From contig JBHLMI010000006.1 of assembly GCA_048938295.1 (NCBI GenBank), positions 69,761 through 101,760 on the forward strand: DNA of 32,000 bases, in the 5' to 3' direction. The translations under genes were made by a program, and so were the position numbers. Within the stretch, counting starts at the first letter, position 1. Every line of letters begins with the position of its first letter. This DNA comes from Promethearchaeota archaeon. Its GTDB lineage: Archaea; Asgardarchaeota; Hermodarchaeia; Hermodarchaeales; Hermodarchaeaceae. Shown here one piece after another: positions 1 through 8,705 of the stretch. The notes under the pieces were generated by a model. The model searched no databases, was not told where the DNA came from, and saw only the letters and a program-made list of their open reading frames with translations.

Positions 1-202
1 TAAACTGCATGAATTCGTTGGGTTTCAAAGCTTCAAGGTTTTTGCGAGTGGTACCAATGAGTTTAGCGAGTTCCTGGTTAGCAAATAAAACTTTATCGTC
101 CTGAATGACGATTATACCGACCGGTGATTTTTGGGTGATGGTTCTTAGAATTTCTTCAGGAACTTCAGGGTTAAAGGAAGTGATGTCTTCATCTTGAGGC
201 AT
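1..202 (-). CDS. PAS-domain sensor protein, N-terminal part (runs off window start)
   Basis: Manual translation from ATG at 202: MPQDEDITSFNPEVPEEILRTITQKSPVGIIVIQDDKVLFANQELAKLIGTTRKNLEALKPNEFMQF. The SPVGIIVIQDDKVLFANQELAKLIG segment is a typical PAS N-terminal core. Not in the ORF track. Confidence 0.8.
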   Translation of the reverse strand, partial: MPQDEDITSFNPEVPEEILRTITQKSPVGIIVIQDDKVLFANQELAKLIGTTRKNLEALKPNEFMQF

Positions 203-311
203 TTTCTGTCACCTCGTATTGGCTAGAGGAAAATCGGTTTTATGTCTGTGCACATCTTTCGTTCCCCAGGCTTCTCTGAAGCTTGATGATACTCTGTCCT
301 AGAGAGCATAT

Positions 312-340
312 ATCTCCTTCGATGAAAATGTGAAGGAGAT
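312..340. other. Inverted repeat / hairpin
   Basis: ATCTCCTTC (312-320) and GAAGGAGAT (332-340) form a perfect 9-bp inverted repeat in the spacer between the pseudogene and the PAS gene. Terminator or operator role is undetermined. Confidence 0.45.
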
Positions 341-462
341 GATAGGAATTAAGGTCAGCTAAAAACTGGAAAATGCCCTTAGTATGGTCATGGAGTGATT
401 ATTTGTCGCGTAAGGTATTGTAATGTGACCATTTTTGCTAAGTTTTGAACCGAAATCACGAA

Positions 463-878
463 TTATGACTTACTACCGTCAATATCAAGTTCACTTCCGT
501 CAATGTGAAAGTCTTCAGCGTATTTGTCAAAATCACCATTGGGAACAGGATCTTCCCTTCGAGCAAGGTTTGACACGCTCGTGACTAATTGATAACCGCC
601 ATACCCTACCGAAACCACGCCGAACTGTATTGGAATGAAGTATCGTTCAGTCCATTGGTGAAAGTACTACTATCATTTCGCGCAAATTCAAAGACTTCGA
701 GTGTTCCGCCACTGCCTGTATAAGGAGAATTGGGTGGAGTACCTGCGCGAACAGTAGCAAGTGGATTTTCTAAAAGAGGGCTAAGAGCTACACATGCAAA
801 AAGGAGCAGGGCTGTTATCAGGCGTATCTTTGTATTCCCCATATCTTTCACCAACTTGTGAGGAGTTAGCATTTTCAC
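463..878 (-). pseudogene. Truncated, frameshifted secreted/cell-surface protein
   Basis: ORF 606-878 has a signal peptide (KIRLITALLLFACVALSP) and a S/T/N/G-rich start. It stops at TAG 606-608, but a shifted frame continues VSVGYGGYQLVTSVSNLARREDPVPNGDFDKYAEDFHIDGSELDIDGSKS* to 463. This fits a 1-nt deletion near 613-615. Confidence 0.55.
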
Positions 879-982
879 TCCCCGCTGTAAAGCCGCTTCT
901 TCTAGGCTTAGGAATGAAATTTAAATAGATTTTGTGAAATGCACCACTAAGCAAATTTCAACGAATTTGTCGAAACATGAAA

Positions 983-1000
983 GATAATTAAAGAATTATC
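983..1000. promoter_or_regulatory. Palindromic operator over the AT-rich promoter of the PfkB kinase gene
   Basis: GATAATT-aaag-AATTATC is a perfect 7-bp inverted repeat about 25 nt upstream of ATG 1026. Confidence 0.45.
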
Positions 1001-1025
1001 CCACTTGAAGAACGGGACTTCAACC

Positions 1026-1997
1026 ATGCCAGCCAAACGTTTTGATCTTGTCATTGTGGGTCATCTCACCATTGATCTAATGAAGTCTGGTGACAAAGAA
1101 CATACTGAGATGGGTGGCCCTCCCGCATATGCGATGGTTGGACCAGCCTTGGGACTCAAGAACGTCGGAATTGTATCTCGCATCGGACGAGACTTCCCCC
1201 CCGCATATTATGACCGACTAGTATGTTCAGGATTAAATTTAGAAGGATTACGACAAAACAAGCACACTACGCATTTCACTAATACTTACAATGAACTGGG
1301 TGACCGAACTCAACGAGTGGATGCGGTTTCAGATCCCTTAACATCGGAGGATTTCCCTAACACCTACTGGAATACTCTATGGATGCATATTAGCCCGGTA
1401 ATTGGTGAAGTAGACTCCTCGATTATCCCAAAAGCAAAATCTCGGGGAATTCAAGTATCTGTCGATGTTCAAGGTTTTATACGCACACGAAAGAACAAAG
1501 ACACAGAGATAATTAGCTGTGAGTGGGAGAAGTTCTCTGAACTCGCAGCATATATCGATGCCCTAAAAGTTGATTCGCAGGAACTCCGTCAACTCACCCA
1601 CCAATCTGACACTCGAACTGCTGCCCAGAGCGTCCACAAAATGGGTGTTCCTCTAATTCTGATAACTCGTGGATATAAGGGAGCTCATCTCTCTTATGGA
1701 GACAACTATTACGATATTCCAGCTATTGAACCCCAGCACATCGTGGACCATACGGGAAGTGGAGATGTCTTTTCCATTAGTTTTCTTGTAGAACTCCAAC
1801 GGACTCAGCGTCCTCTGTGGTCAGCTTTCTTTGCCTCAGCTGCTGCTTCCTATAACCTCGAAACACCTGGACCAACCAATTTTCCTTCATACGAACAAGT
1901 GATCACCCGCTTACGAGGGTTCCTTGCGCTGCAAGAGAATCGACAGCACACCGAGAAATTGCTTAATGAACCCGGCTCCACTGAGTGTCCATTGTAA
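1026..1997 (+). CDS. PfkB/ribokinase-family carbohydrate kinase
   Basis: N-terminal VIVGHLTIDL...GGPPAY and C-terminal anion-hole motif DHTGSGDVF. ATG 1026 is preferred over TTG 1005. Confidence 0.9.
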   Translation: MPAKRFDLVIVGHLTIDLMKSGDKEHTEMGGPPAYAMVGPALGLKNVGIVSRIGRDFPPAYYDRLVCSGLNLEGLRQNKHTTHFTNTYNELGDRTQRVDAVSDPLTSEDFPNTYWNTLWMHISPVIGEVDSSIIPKAKSRGIQVSVDVQGFIRTRKNKDTEIISCEWEKFSELAAYIDALKVDSQELRQLTHQSDTRTAAQSVHKMGVPLILITRGYKGAHLSYGDNYYDIPAIEPQHIVDHTGSGDVFSISFLVELQRTQRPLWSAFFASAAASYNLETPGPTNFPSYEQVITRLRGFLALQENRQHTEKLLNEPGSTECPL

Positions 1998-2038
1998 TCG
2001 TTTCGTGCTTTGTACAGAGGATCGTTATTACGTGGTCC

Positions 2039-2079
2039 AAAAAGTTTATATCGGAATCCGATAGTATCGAACGCCGATA
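2039..2079 (+). promoter_or_regulatory. BRE/TATA promoter overlapped by a tandem TATCG-N5-CGATA operator
   Basis: A-rich BRE followed by TTTATA (2045-2050). TATCGGAATCCGATA (2049-2063) and TATCGAACGCCGATA (2065-2079) lie directly upstream of the PadR gene. Confidence 0.7.
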
Positions 2080-2114
2080 GTTCCTTTAACGACATAAATT
2101 GAGTTGCCACTACC

Positions 2115-2735
2115 TTGCACGATAAAACCACTCAACAGCCCACGGGCCCCACGAGCACTGTCAAATCCCTTGGTAAAGGTTACATGCGGGCAATAATCCT
2201 AGCACTACTCGCTGACCAGCCCAGGTATGGTTACGATATTCTGGATACACTAGCAGAGTCAAGCGATGGATGGCGCCCCTCTCCCGGAACCATTTACCCC
2301 ATTTTACATGATCTTCATGAACGGGGATGGATTATGAAGAAAGAAGTGGAACCGGAAGGTCGCCGTCGCATCATCTATCGTTTGGGAACAAAGGGAAAAC
2401 GGCACCTTGAACATGATGCTTTAGAACACGCAAGGTTCGTAGCCATGATGCGAAGAATCCTCATTAAACACGGTGGCCCACAGTTTGCAGTAGCCCCAGC
2501 TTTCGATGTGGATAAGGCTTTGCGGCGATTAGAGCATTTCGATTTAATTCTGGATGAAGCGTCACTAATTCTAAAAGAGGATGCTTCGGATTTAGCGTTT
2601 CAAAAGAAGCGATCTGTTGAAGTGTTACAACGTCGTTTAAAGTTACTCGAAAATCATGCAGGGAATATTGAAAAAGCCATTCGAAGTGTGAAGGAGGAGA
2701 TTCGTAATCTCGAAAATTCTACTGGAACACTTTAA
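2115..2735 (+). CDS. PadR-family transcriptional regulator with C-terminal helical/coiled-coil extension
   Basis: KGYMRAIILALLADQPRYGYDI...PSPGTIYPILHDLHERGWI...RRRIIYRLGTKG is the PadR wHTH signature. TTG start is uncertain. Confidence 0.9.
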   Translation: MHDKTTQQPTGPTSTVKSLGKGYMRAIILALLADQPRYGYDILDTLAESSDGWRPSPGTIYPILHDLHERGWIMKKEVEPEGRRRIIYRLGTKGKRHLEHDALEHARFVAMMRRILIKHGGPQFAVAPAFDVDKALRRLEHFDLILDEASLILKEDASDLAFQKKRSVEVLQRRLKLLENHAGNIEKAIRSVKEEIRNLENSTGTL

Positions 2736-2749
2736 TCATATATGGAGAC

Positions 2750-3973
2750 GTGAACACAATCAGCATTATTGAAGTGAAAGAACTAACTAAAACCTTTAAC
2801 GGTGATGTCACTGCTGTCGACCACATCTCATTCACTGTAGAAGAAGGAGAAATCTTTGGGTTTCTTGGACCTAACGGAGCAGGAAAAACCACTACTCTGA
2901 ATATGCTTGCCACTATTCTTAGACCAACTAGTGGAACAGCGATAGTGAACGGATTTGATATCCATGACAATCCCGATGCCGTTCGACGGAGCATTGGATT
3001 TGTTTTCCAAGACCCCACTTTAGATACCGAACTCACAGGACGTGAGAATCTAGATTTCCATGGGCGATTGTACGGGCTGACAAAGAAGGAACGAGAAGAG
3101 CGGATTAAAGAGATTCTCGAGGTCGTTCAATTAACTGACCGTGCTGACGCTTATGTGAAGACTTATAGTGGTGGAATGAAACGCCGGCTTGAGATTGCAC
3201 GAGGATTATTACATTACCCGAAGGTGTTGTTTCTTGATGAACCCACGTTAGGATTGGATCCCCAAACCCGACGTGCGATCTGGGATTACATTGTCAAACT
3301 CAATCAGGAACAAAATGTTACTATCATCTTGACGACACATTACACCGAAGAAGCTGACCATTTGTGTAACCGAATCCAAATCATAGATTTTGGAAAAATT
3401 GTGGCAAATGATACACCAGAGAATTTGAAGGCAACTTTGCAGGGTGATGTAATCGGTCTGACTTTCAAGAAATCTGAAGATGCCCAAGGAATGCTGTCCA
3501 AGCTGATTACCCTAGAGTGGGTCAAAAAGGCAATTCCTGTCACTGAGGGTAGCAATCAAGTTGGCATGAGCAACATGAGCCATTTGATGCGGCGAATTGG
3601 TCAGCCTGACGGCGTTGTAACGATGGGTGGGATTGAAAATTTAGAAAGTGGAGGGAAGACGCAAATGGCAAGAGATCCAGACGAGATAGCCATAGTTATG
3701 AGTAAAATGCACGAACAGGTTGGACTCTCAAAGAATTTCCGTCAGATAAACTTACTTGTCGATAATGCAAGTAAGAGGATTCCTGGACTGGTGAAAATTG
3801 TCGATGCATCTGGTGTTGAACTCGACTCGGTCCAAATGAATAAACCGGCATTAGATGATGTCTTTCTATCTGTTACTGGGCGGAGTATTCGTGATGAAGC
3901 TGGAAGCATGATGCAAATGTTTCGCCAGTTTCGCATGATGCGACAAGCCCGAGGAGGCAGTACTCCTCACTAA
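2750..3973 (+). CDS. DrrA-type (drug-resistance family) ABC exporter ATP-binding subunit with a C-terminal insertion
   Basis: Walker A GPNGAGKTT, signature YSGGMKRR, Walker B LFLDEP, H-loop LTTHY, C-terminal PALDDVFLSVTG. Confidence 0.92.
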   Translation: MNTISIIEVKELTKTFNGDVTAVDHISFTVEEGEIFGFLGPNGAGKTTTLNMLATILRPTSGTAIVNGFDIHDNPDAVRRSIGFVFQDPTLDTELTGRENLDFHGRLYGLTKKEREERIKEILEVVQLTDRADAYVKTYSGGMKRRLEIARGLLHYPKVLFLDEPTLGLDPQTRRAIWDYIVKLNQEQNVTIILTTHYTEEADHLCNRIQIIDFGKIVANDTPENLKATLQGDVIGLTFKKSEDAQGMLSKLITLEWVKKAIPVTEGSNQVGMSNMSHLMRRIGQPDGVVTMGGIENLESGGKTQMARDPDEIAIVMSKMHEQVGLSKNFRQINLLVDNASKRIPGLVKIVDASGVELDSVQMNKPALDDVFLSVTGRSIRDEAGSMMQMFRQFRMMRQARGGSTPH

Positions 3974-3990
3974 ACGAGGTGATATGTGAA

Positions 3991-4776
3991 ATGCAACTAA
4001 TATCTGGACAGGCCATTTACGTGGTCTTACTTCGAGAACTGAAACGGTTCTGGCGAGCAAAAGCCCGAATTATTGCTTCCATTGCTCAAAGCTTCTTCTT
4101 CCTTCTCATTCTCGGATTTGGAATAGGAGGGTTATTTGGAGGAGCGCTTGGAGGTAGCTACCTTACGTTTATTGCACCCGGAATCATTGCAATGTCATTA
4201 CTATTTGCTTCGGTATTTTCTGGAGTTTCGGTTATTTTTGATCGACAATTTGGTTTCTTTAAAGAGATGCTAGTTGCCCCTGTGAGCCGTACCAGCATCA
4301 TAACGGGTAAAATCTTTGGAGGGGCAATCACCGCAGCAATCCAAGGTCTATTAATTTTAGTCGTTTCGACCATCCTTGGAGCATTCGTGCTTGATCCCCG
4401 ATTTGCTCTTGGGATTTTTGCAGGAATTGGAGTGATGCTGTTGATTACTGCCGGATTTGTCGGACTCGGAGTAGCAATTGGTTCAGCGCTTACAGATTTT
4501 CATGCCTTCCAATTGATTTCGACTTTTATCATTTGGCCCCTTTTCATGCTCTCAGGTGTCTTCTTTCCAATTGATACTGCACCTTTACCTCTTCAAATAG
4601 CGATGCTCGTTGATCCCCTTTTCTACGGAGTAGAACTTCTTCGCTTCTGCCTTGTTGGATATATTACTCCCATATTGGGTCCGTTTGGTCCACTCCTTGC
4701 TTTGACAGTACTAGGTGGATTTTCACTTCTAATGATTGCAATTGGAACTTACCTGTTTTCTCGAGCTGAAGCTTAA
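3991..4776 (+). CDS. ABC-2 type (DrrB-like) exporter permease
   Basis: LRELKRFWR, FIAPGIIAM, DRQFGFFKEMLVAPVSR...GK, LSGVFFP, DPLFYGVE; about 6 TM helices; follows the ATPase. Confidence 0.92.
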   Translation: MQLISGQAIYVVLLRELKRFWRAKARIIASIAQSFFFLLILGFGIGGLFGGALGGSYLTFIAPGIIAMSLLFASVFSGVSVIFDRQFGFFKEMLVAPVSRTSIITGKIFGGAITAAIQGLLILVVSTILGAFVLDPRFALGIFAGIGVMLLITAGFVGLGVAIGSALTDFHAFQLISTFIIWPLFMLSGVFFPIDTAPLPLQIAMLVDPLFYGVELLRFCLVGYITPILGPFGPLLALTVLGGFSLLMIAIGTYLFSRAEA

Positions 4777-5309
4777 ATATCAAGAAACTCGGATGCAAGC
4801 AAATCATAAAGTAGAAGATCGTGGTAGGCACCTTCGAAGAATGAGGCTTGGCGGCGGCGTCCGCCGTGCTGAAACCCTATTTTTTCATAGACTCGCTGCG
4901 CACGCTTGTTGATATCGTGTGTGAATAATACGATTCGATGGAGGTTAAGTTGCTTGAAACCAAAGTTCAGAAGGAGCCGTAGAGCTTCAGTTCCATATCC
5001 TTTGTCGTAGTTCTGATCTTCGTAAATTACAATCATGAGCTCGGCTTTATGATTGATTTTACTGATGTCCATCAATCCACAAACACCGAGTAGTTGTTGC
5101 GTTTTAGTGTGCTCGATTGCAAAGAGGTAGTGTTGGTGGTTTTTCCTTGCCTCCCATGTTTTTTTGATCCATTGTTTCGTGTCTTCGAGTGAGGATGGAT
5201 AAGGCATATCTAAGAACCGTCGCACTTCTAGCCAATTGAATTGTTGGTTAATTGTCTCTACATCGGTTAACTCAAGGCTGCGAAGCAGTACCTGTTTGCC
5301 TTCAAACAT
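4773..5309 (-). CDS. GNAT N-acetyltransferase, RimJ/RimL family (paralog 2)
   Basis: Start at ATG 5309 (MFEGKQVLLRSLE); HKAELMIVI...YDKGYGTEA, LNLHRI, NKRAQRVYEKIGF. Overlaps the stop of the upstream paralog by 8 nt. Confidence 0.88.
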   Translation of the reverse strand: MFEGKQVLLRSLELTDVETINQQFNWLEVRRFLDMPYPSSLEDTKQWIKKTWEARKNHQHYLFAIEHTKTQQLLGVCGLMDISKINHKAELMIVIYEDQNYDKGYGTEALRLLLNFGFKQLNLHRIVLFTHDINKRAQRVYEKIGFQHGGRRRQASFFEGAYHDLLLYDLLASEFLDI

Positions 5310-5883
5310 TTTTTGTTTCCTCCTGAATGAGGGGGTAATGTGGAGGATGGCGGTCGCGGAATTCCTCATCGAGGATGTCCATGATGAGCACGTCCTTGTA
5401 TTTTCCATCTTGGAAGATAGCTTTGCGATGACGTGCTACGTGTTGAAACCCGACTTTCTCGTAGGCTCGGATGGCCCGGGGATTATCCTCATTGACGAGG
5501 AGGAAGATGCTGTGGAGGTTGAGGAAATTGAATCCGTACCCGAGCAGAAGATTGATTGCCTCCTGACCATAGCCTTTGGCCCAATATTGTTTATTCCAAA
5601 TTGCGATGCCAAGTTCAGCTGACCGGTTGATCCATGAGAGTGTAAATAGGCTGCATGATCCTATGAGGTGTTTTGGTTGCTTGGTTTCGATGCCGAAAAC
5701 ATGTGCGTTCCCCTGTCGACGCTGGTCCCAAGTGTTGCGTATCCATTGTTCCTCCTCTTCTTTTGATAGGGGAATTGTAAGACCGAGAAAACGTCGCAGT
5801 TCAACATCGTTCCAGTGTTTGAGTATCTCATCGACATCTGTTAGTTCTAATCCTCGAAGGATGATTTTCTCTCCAGTTATCAA
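5302..5883 (-). CDS. GNAT N-acetyltransferase, RimJ/RimL family (paralog 1)
   Basis: IILRGLE, RSAELGIAI...YWAKGYGQEA, LNLHSI, NPRAIRAYEKVGF; TTG start. Confidence 0.88.
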   Translation of the reverse strand: MITGEKIILRGLELTDVDEILKHWNDVELRRFLGLTIPLSKEEEEQWIRNTWDQRRQGNAHVFGIETKQPKHLIGSCSLFTLSWINRSAELGIAIWNKQYWAKGYGQEAINLLLGYGFNFLNLHSIFLLVNEDNPRAIRAYEKVGFQHVARHRKAIFQDGKYKDVLIMDILDEEFRDRHPPHYPLIQEETKNV

Positions 5884-5964
5884 GGCCCTACACCTAGAAT
5901 TTGCATGGGATGCCTGGTGGGTTAACGCTGGTACTATTTCTCTGTTTCTTCTTAGAAAGGTTTG

Positions 5965-6492
5965 CTAAATACTCCAGCCCATCATTTGCCGAAAGGCATT
6001 TCCAGTAAAGCTCAGGACAAGAATGAAGGGGGTGGCTAAAACTAAGAATAGGAAGAGACTTTGCAGGTATAACAAAGTGAAACTTACAAGGACTTCGTTG
6101 AATATAGCTGTCCAGTTGGGATTCAACCCCCAAATCCATTGCCAACCGGGAATCAAAGTAGTGGCATAAGCTGGATTAATGATAAGTATTCCCAGTATGA
6201 CGAAGTAGTTGACATTAAGAAATAGGAAAGGACCTAAGAATCCAGCAACTACGACCTCCTTCGTTTCGAAGGTGACCAAGAATCCGATAACAAAAGCCAT
6301 GCCAGCAAAAACAAAAAGATAGAAGAAGAAATCCATGGCTGCGGTGGGAGAAAGGGGATTGATAAGATAAGTGAATTTAGTTCCAAAGAGGAAGAAATGA
6401 AGCCAATCGATGCCGATGAATCCCAAACACATGATTCCTGTAATTGCTAATACGTGTCGCCATCTGATGCGGGGTCGAATGTCTTGTGCCAT
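5965..6492 (-). CDS. Hypothetical multi-pass membrane protein
   Basis: 175-aa ORF with about 4 hydrophobic, Phe-rich segments; no family recognised. Confidence 0.7.
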   Translation of the reverse strand: MAQDIRPRIRWRHVLAITGIMCLGFIGIDWLHFFLFGTKFTYLINPLSPTAAMDFFFYLFVFAGMAFVIGFLVTFETKEVVVAGFLGPFLFLNVNYFVILGILIINPAYATTLIPGWQWIWGLNPNWTAIFNEVLVSFTLLYLQSLFLFLVLATPFILVLSFTGNAFRQMMGWSI

Positions 6493-6622
6493 CGATTCAT
6501 GTCCTTTAATTAAAAGTTGGTTTGTGAGTACCTTTGTGGGTATTAAAGTTGATAGTCTTGCACCAGAACTTGTGGTTGGATTTTTAAAGAAAAAGGAAAG
6601 CTGGTGGCGATTTACTGTCTTT

Positions 6623-7141
6623 TCATAGAGGCAACAAGTTGGCTCCGAAATAGACTACAACGCGAGATAATTCTAAGCGACCGTTATTAGTTTCAGCAAG
6701 AAATGTCGTCTGCACAAGCGGTTCTAACAGAAGATACCAATTCCAGTTACCACTTGATTCTGCGGCTAGGAACAGGGATTGATCAGACTCGGTTAATGAG
6801 TACTCCCAGGTGAAATCACGAGTTTCGCCCGGAATAATTATTGTACGACCTCCTTTGAAACCAAAACCATAGTAGAGTTGTTCGCCATTGAGAAGGATAC
6901 GGGTATCGGTGTGAATGAGATCCACGGAGAGGGTTAGCCCAGGATTATGGATTCGACCACTGATCTGCACTCTTACATACATGCCACTTGTCGCATTACT
7001 AATCACATTGACTGATGTGATTTCATAGGTAAAAGTGAGAGAGCGATAAGTGTCAGCTTGATAAAAAGCAGATAGGCCTAACAGGACACTTGAGGCTAAA
7101 ATGGCTGAAAGGAAAATAAGCGTACGTGTCCGACGAATCAT
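6623..7141 (-). CDS. Membrane-anchored/secreted beta-rich protein (possibly LEA_2/WHy-like)
   Basis: N-terminal hydrophobic anchor, then beta-strand pattern with RIHNP...TRILLNGEQL...IIPGETRDFTWEY reminiscent of WHy/LEA_2 domains. The family call is tentative. Confidence 0.6.
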   Translation of the reverse strand: MIRRTRTLIFLSAILASSVLLGLSAFYQADTYRSLTFTYEITSVNVISNATSGMYVRVQISGRIHNPGLTLSVDLIHTDTRILLNGEQLYYGFGFKGGRTIIIPGETRDFTWEYSLTESDQSLFLAAESSGNWNWYLLLEPLVQTTFLAETNNGRLELSRVVVYFGANLLPL

Positions 7142-7293
7142 ATCAGACCAAGACCTTTTTTCACGGCAGAGCGTTATCTTCGTATTAAGTCAACGGTGAC
7201 GGCAATTTCTACCTTGTCTTCTTCGGGCTACGTGTAAAGAATATTTAAGGTTGGAGTTTGTAGGAGTATCTTACTGGTTGAGGGTGATTTTGA

Positions 7294-8697
7294 GTGGTAC
7301 GATTTCGAAAATCCCAGTTATATACGGTGTGGCTGGTTCTCGTTATCATCCTATTCGTTGTTAATTGGATTGGCCTGAGAGACCGTTATGTAACGAGTAC
7401 ATATCCCACTGATAATGCAACACAAATTGCACTTGGAGATCTCGATGTCTCAAAACCCGGATTTGAATTAGCTTACTTAACTCCATCACGAGTCATCCTA
7501 GTTGGTGGACTCACTGCATCCCCATGGCAAGAGACAGTCTTTCAAAATCCAGACTGGGAAACGAATCCCCTCATAGCCCTAAGCGTGGGCGATTATTTTG
7601 ATGAATACAAAGGAGACGAAATCGCAGTCCTTACACAGAATGGAATACTACATTTGAACTTCCGCGGAGCTGCCATCTGGCATTCTGAAGAAATCGGTAA
7701 TATTCCTGATGGATATCCGGTGTGGACAACTAACCATATGTTTGCTGGCCAATTCATCACGGCATCAAATTCCATGGAAATAGCCATTATTGGTCAATAT
7801 TATAATGTGTCCACAACGATTTCAACGGGTCGCATCTATGTCGCTAGCAGATTCAACAGTACAACCTGGACTATTGACCAAGTCCATACTGAACCGACCA
7901 TTTTACTCACTGGCACAGCTGGTGATGTGGATACCTCCAATAGCGGCGATGAATTGATTGCGGGCGGAATAGATACAGGAGTCTTCTATTTACGTTACGA
8001 TGATGGAGCCTGGACGATATCCCGACTCATGGAATGGGTTGGGGTAACACGTTCAATTGCAATTGGAGATTTTATGTTTCAACCTGCAGGGAACGAAATC
8101 GCCATCGTAAGGAATCATGATATTCGAGTCTTCTATAGGCAATTGGGAGAATGGATATCGACGACTATCTGGTCGGAGAATCATTTGCAAATCGGAATCG
8201 AGTCTGTGTTCATCGGGGACATCGACCCATTTAACCCTGGATATGAGGTGCTGGGTGTTGGTACTGTAAATGAAAATAACAAACCAGTACTAATTGTCCA
8301 GAAGTATATGTTAAGTTGGGTGCCTAGCATTCTCTGGAACCTAGTTGAATCACCTACAAGTGTAATTGCAGGGAATTTTGATTTCAACCACATGGGAACA
8401 GAGATTCTCATCACCAATTCACCTCAAACTTCTGTGTTGTCTGTCCCAACAGCTACTGACCGAAGTCTACGTGCAGGAGTAGCTGTCCTGATACCAGCAA
8501 TCCTACTATTTCCATCAACCTTTCTTCTCTTCGCACTAGCGGAGTATTTTGGAAAAGTTACTGATGAACGTCGTCGCGCTCGTGCCTTAGAAATGATTTC
8601 CAAAGGGTATGTTCGGTGCCCTGTTTGCAGACGCTTTATTCCCAAGGATAAAGCGGAAGCTCATAAACGGTGGCATAGAACCCAACAATTCCGTTAA
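7294..8697 (+). CDS. FG-GAP-like 7-bladed beta-propeller membrane protein with C-terminal C2H2 zinc finger
   Basis: N-terminal anchor (aa ~9-27). Seven repeats: LGDLDVSKPGFEL, VGDYFDEYKGDEI, AGQFITASNSMEI, AGDVDTSNSGDEL, IGDFMFQPAGNEI, IGDIDPFNPGYEV, AGNFDFNHMGTEI. TM helix at aa ~395-418, then CPVC-x11-H-x3-H. Confidence 0.8.
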   Translation: MVRFRKSQLYTVWLVLVIILFVVNWIGLRDRYVTSTYPTDNATQIALGDLDVSKPGFELAYLTPSRVILVGGLTASPWQETVFQNPDWETNPLIALSVGDYFDEYKGDEIAVLTQNGILHLNFRGAAIWHSEEIGNIPDGYPVWTTNHMFAGQFITASNSMEIAIIGQYYNVSTTISTGRIYVASRFNSTTWTIDQVHTEPTILLTGTAGDVDTSNSGDELIAGGIDTGVFYLRYDDGAWTISRLMEWVGVTRSIAIGDFMFQPAGNEIAIVRNHDIRVFYRQLGEWISTTIWSENHLQIGIESVFIGDIDPFNPGYEVLGVGTVNENNKPVLIVQKYMLSWVPSILWNLVESPTSVIAGNFDFNHMGTEILITNSPQTSVLSVPTATDRSLRAGVAVLIPAILLFPSTFLLFALAEYFGKVTDERRRARALEMISKGYVRCPVCRRFIPKDKAEAHKRWHRTQQFR

Positions 8698-8705
8698 ATA
8701 CCAGT

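Noticed and set aside
312-340. SECIS-like ATGA...GA motif in the hairpin
   Set aside because: The loop between ATGA and GA is only about 6 nt, too short for a SECIS, and no in-frame TGA selenoprotein candidate was seen in the window.
606-608. TAG as a pyrrolysine readthrough site in the secreted-protein ORF
   Set aside because: A second in-frame TAG follows 7 codons later (585-587), and the protein-like continuation is in another frame. A frameshift explains it better.
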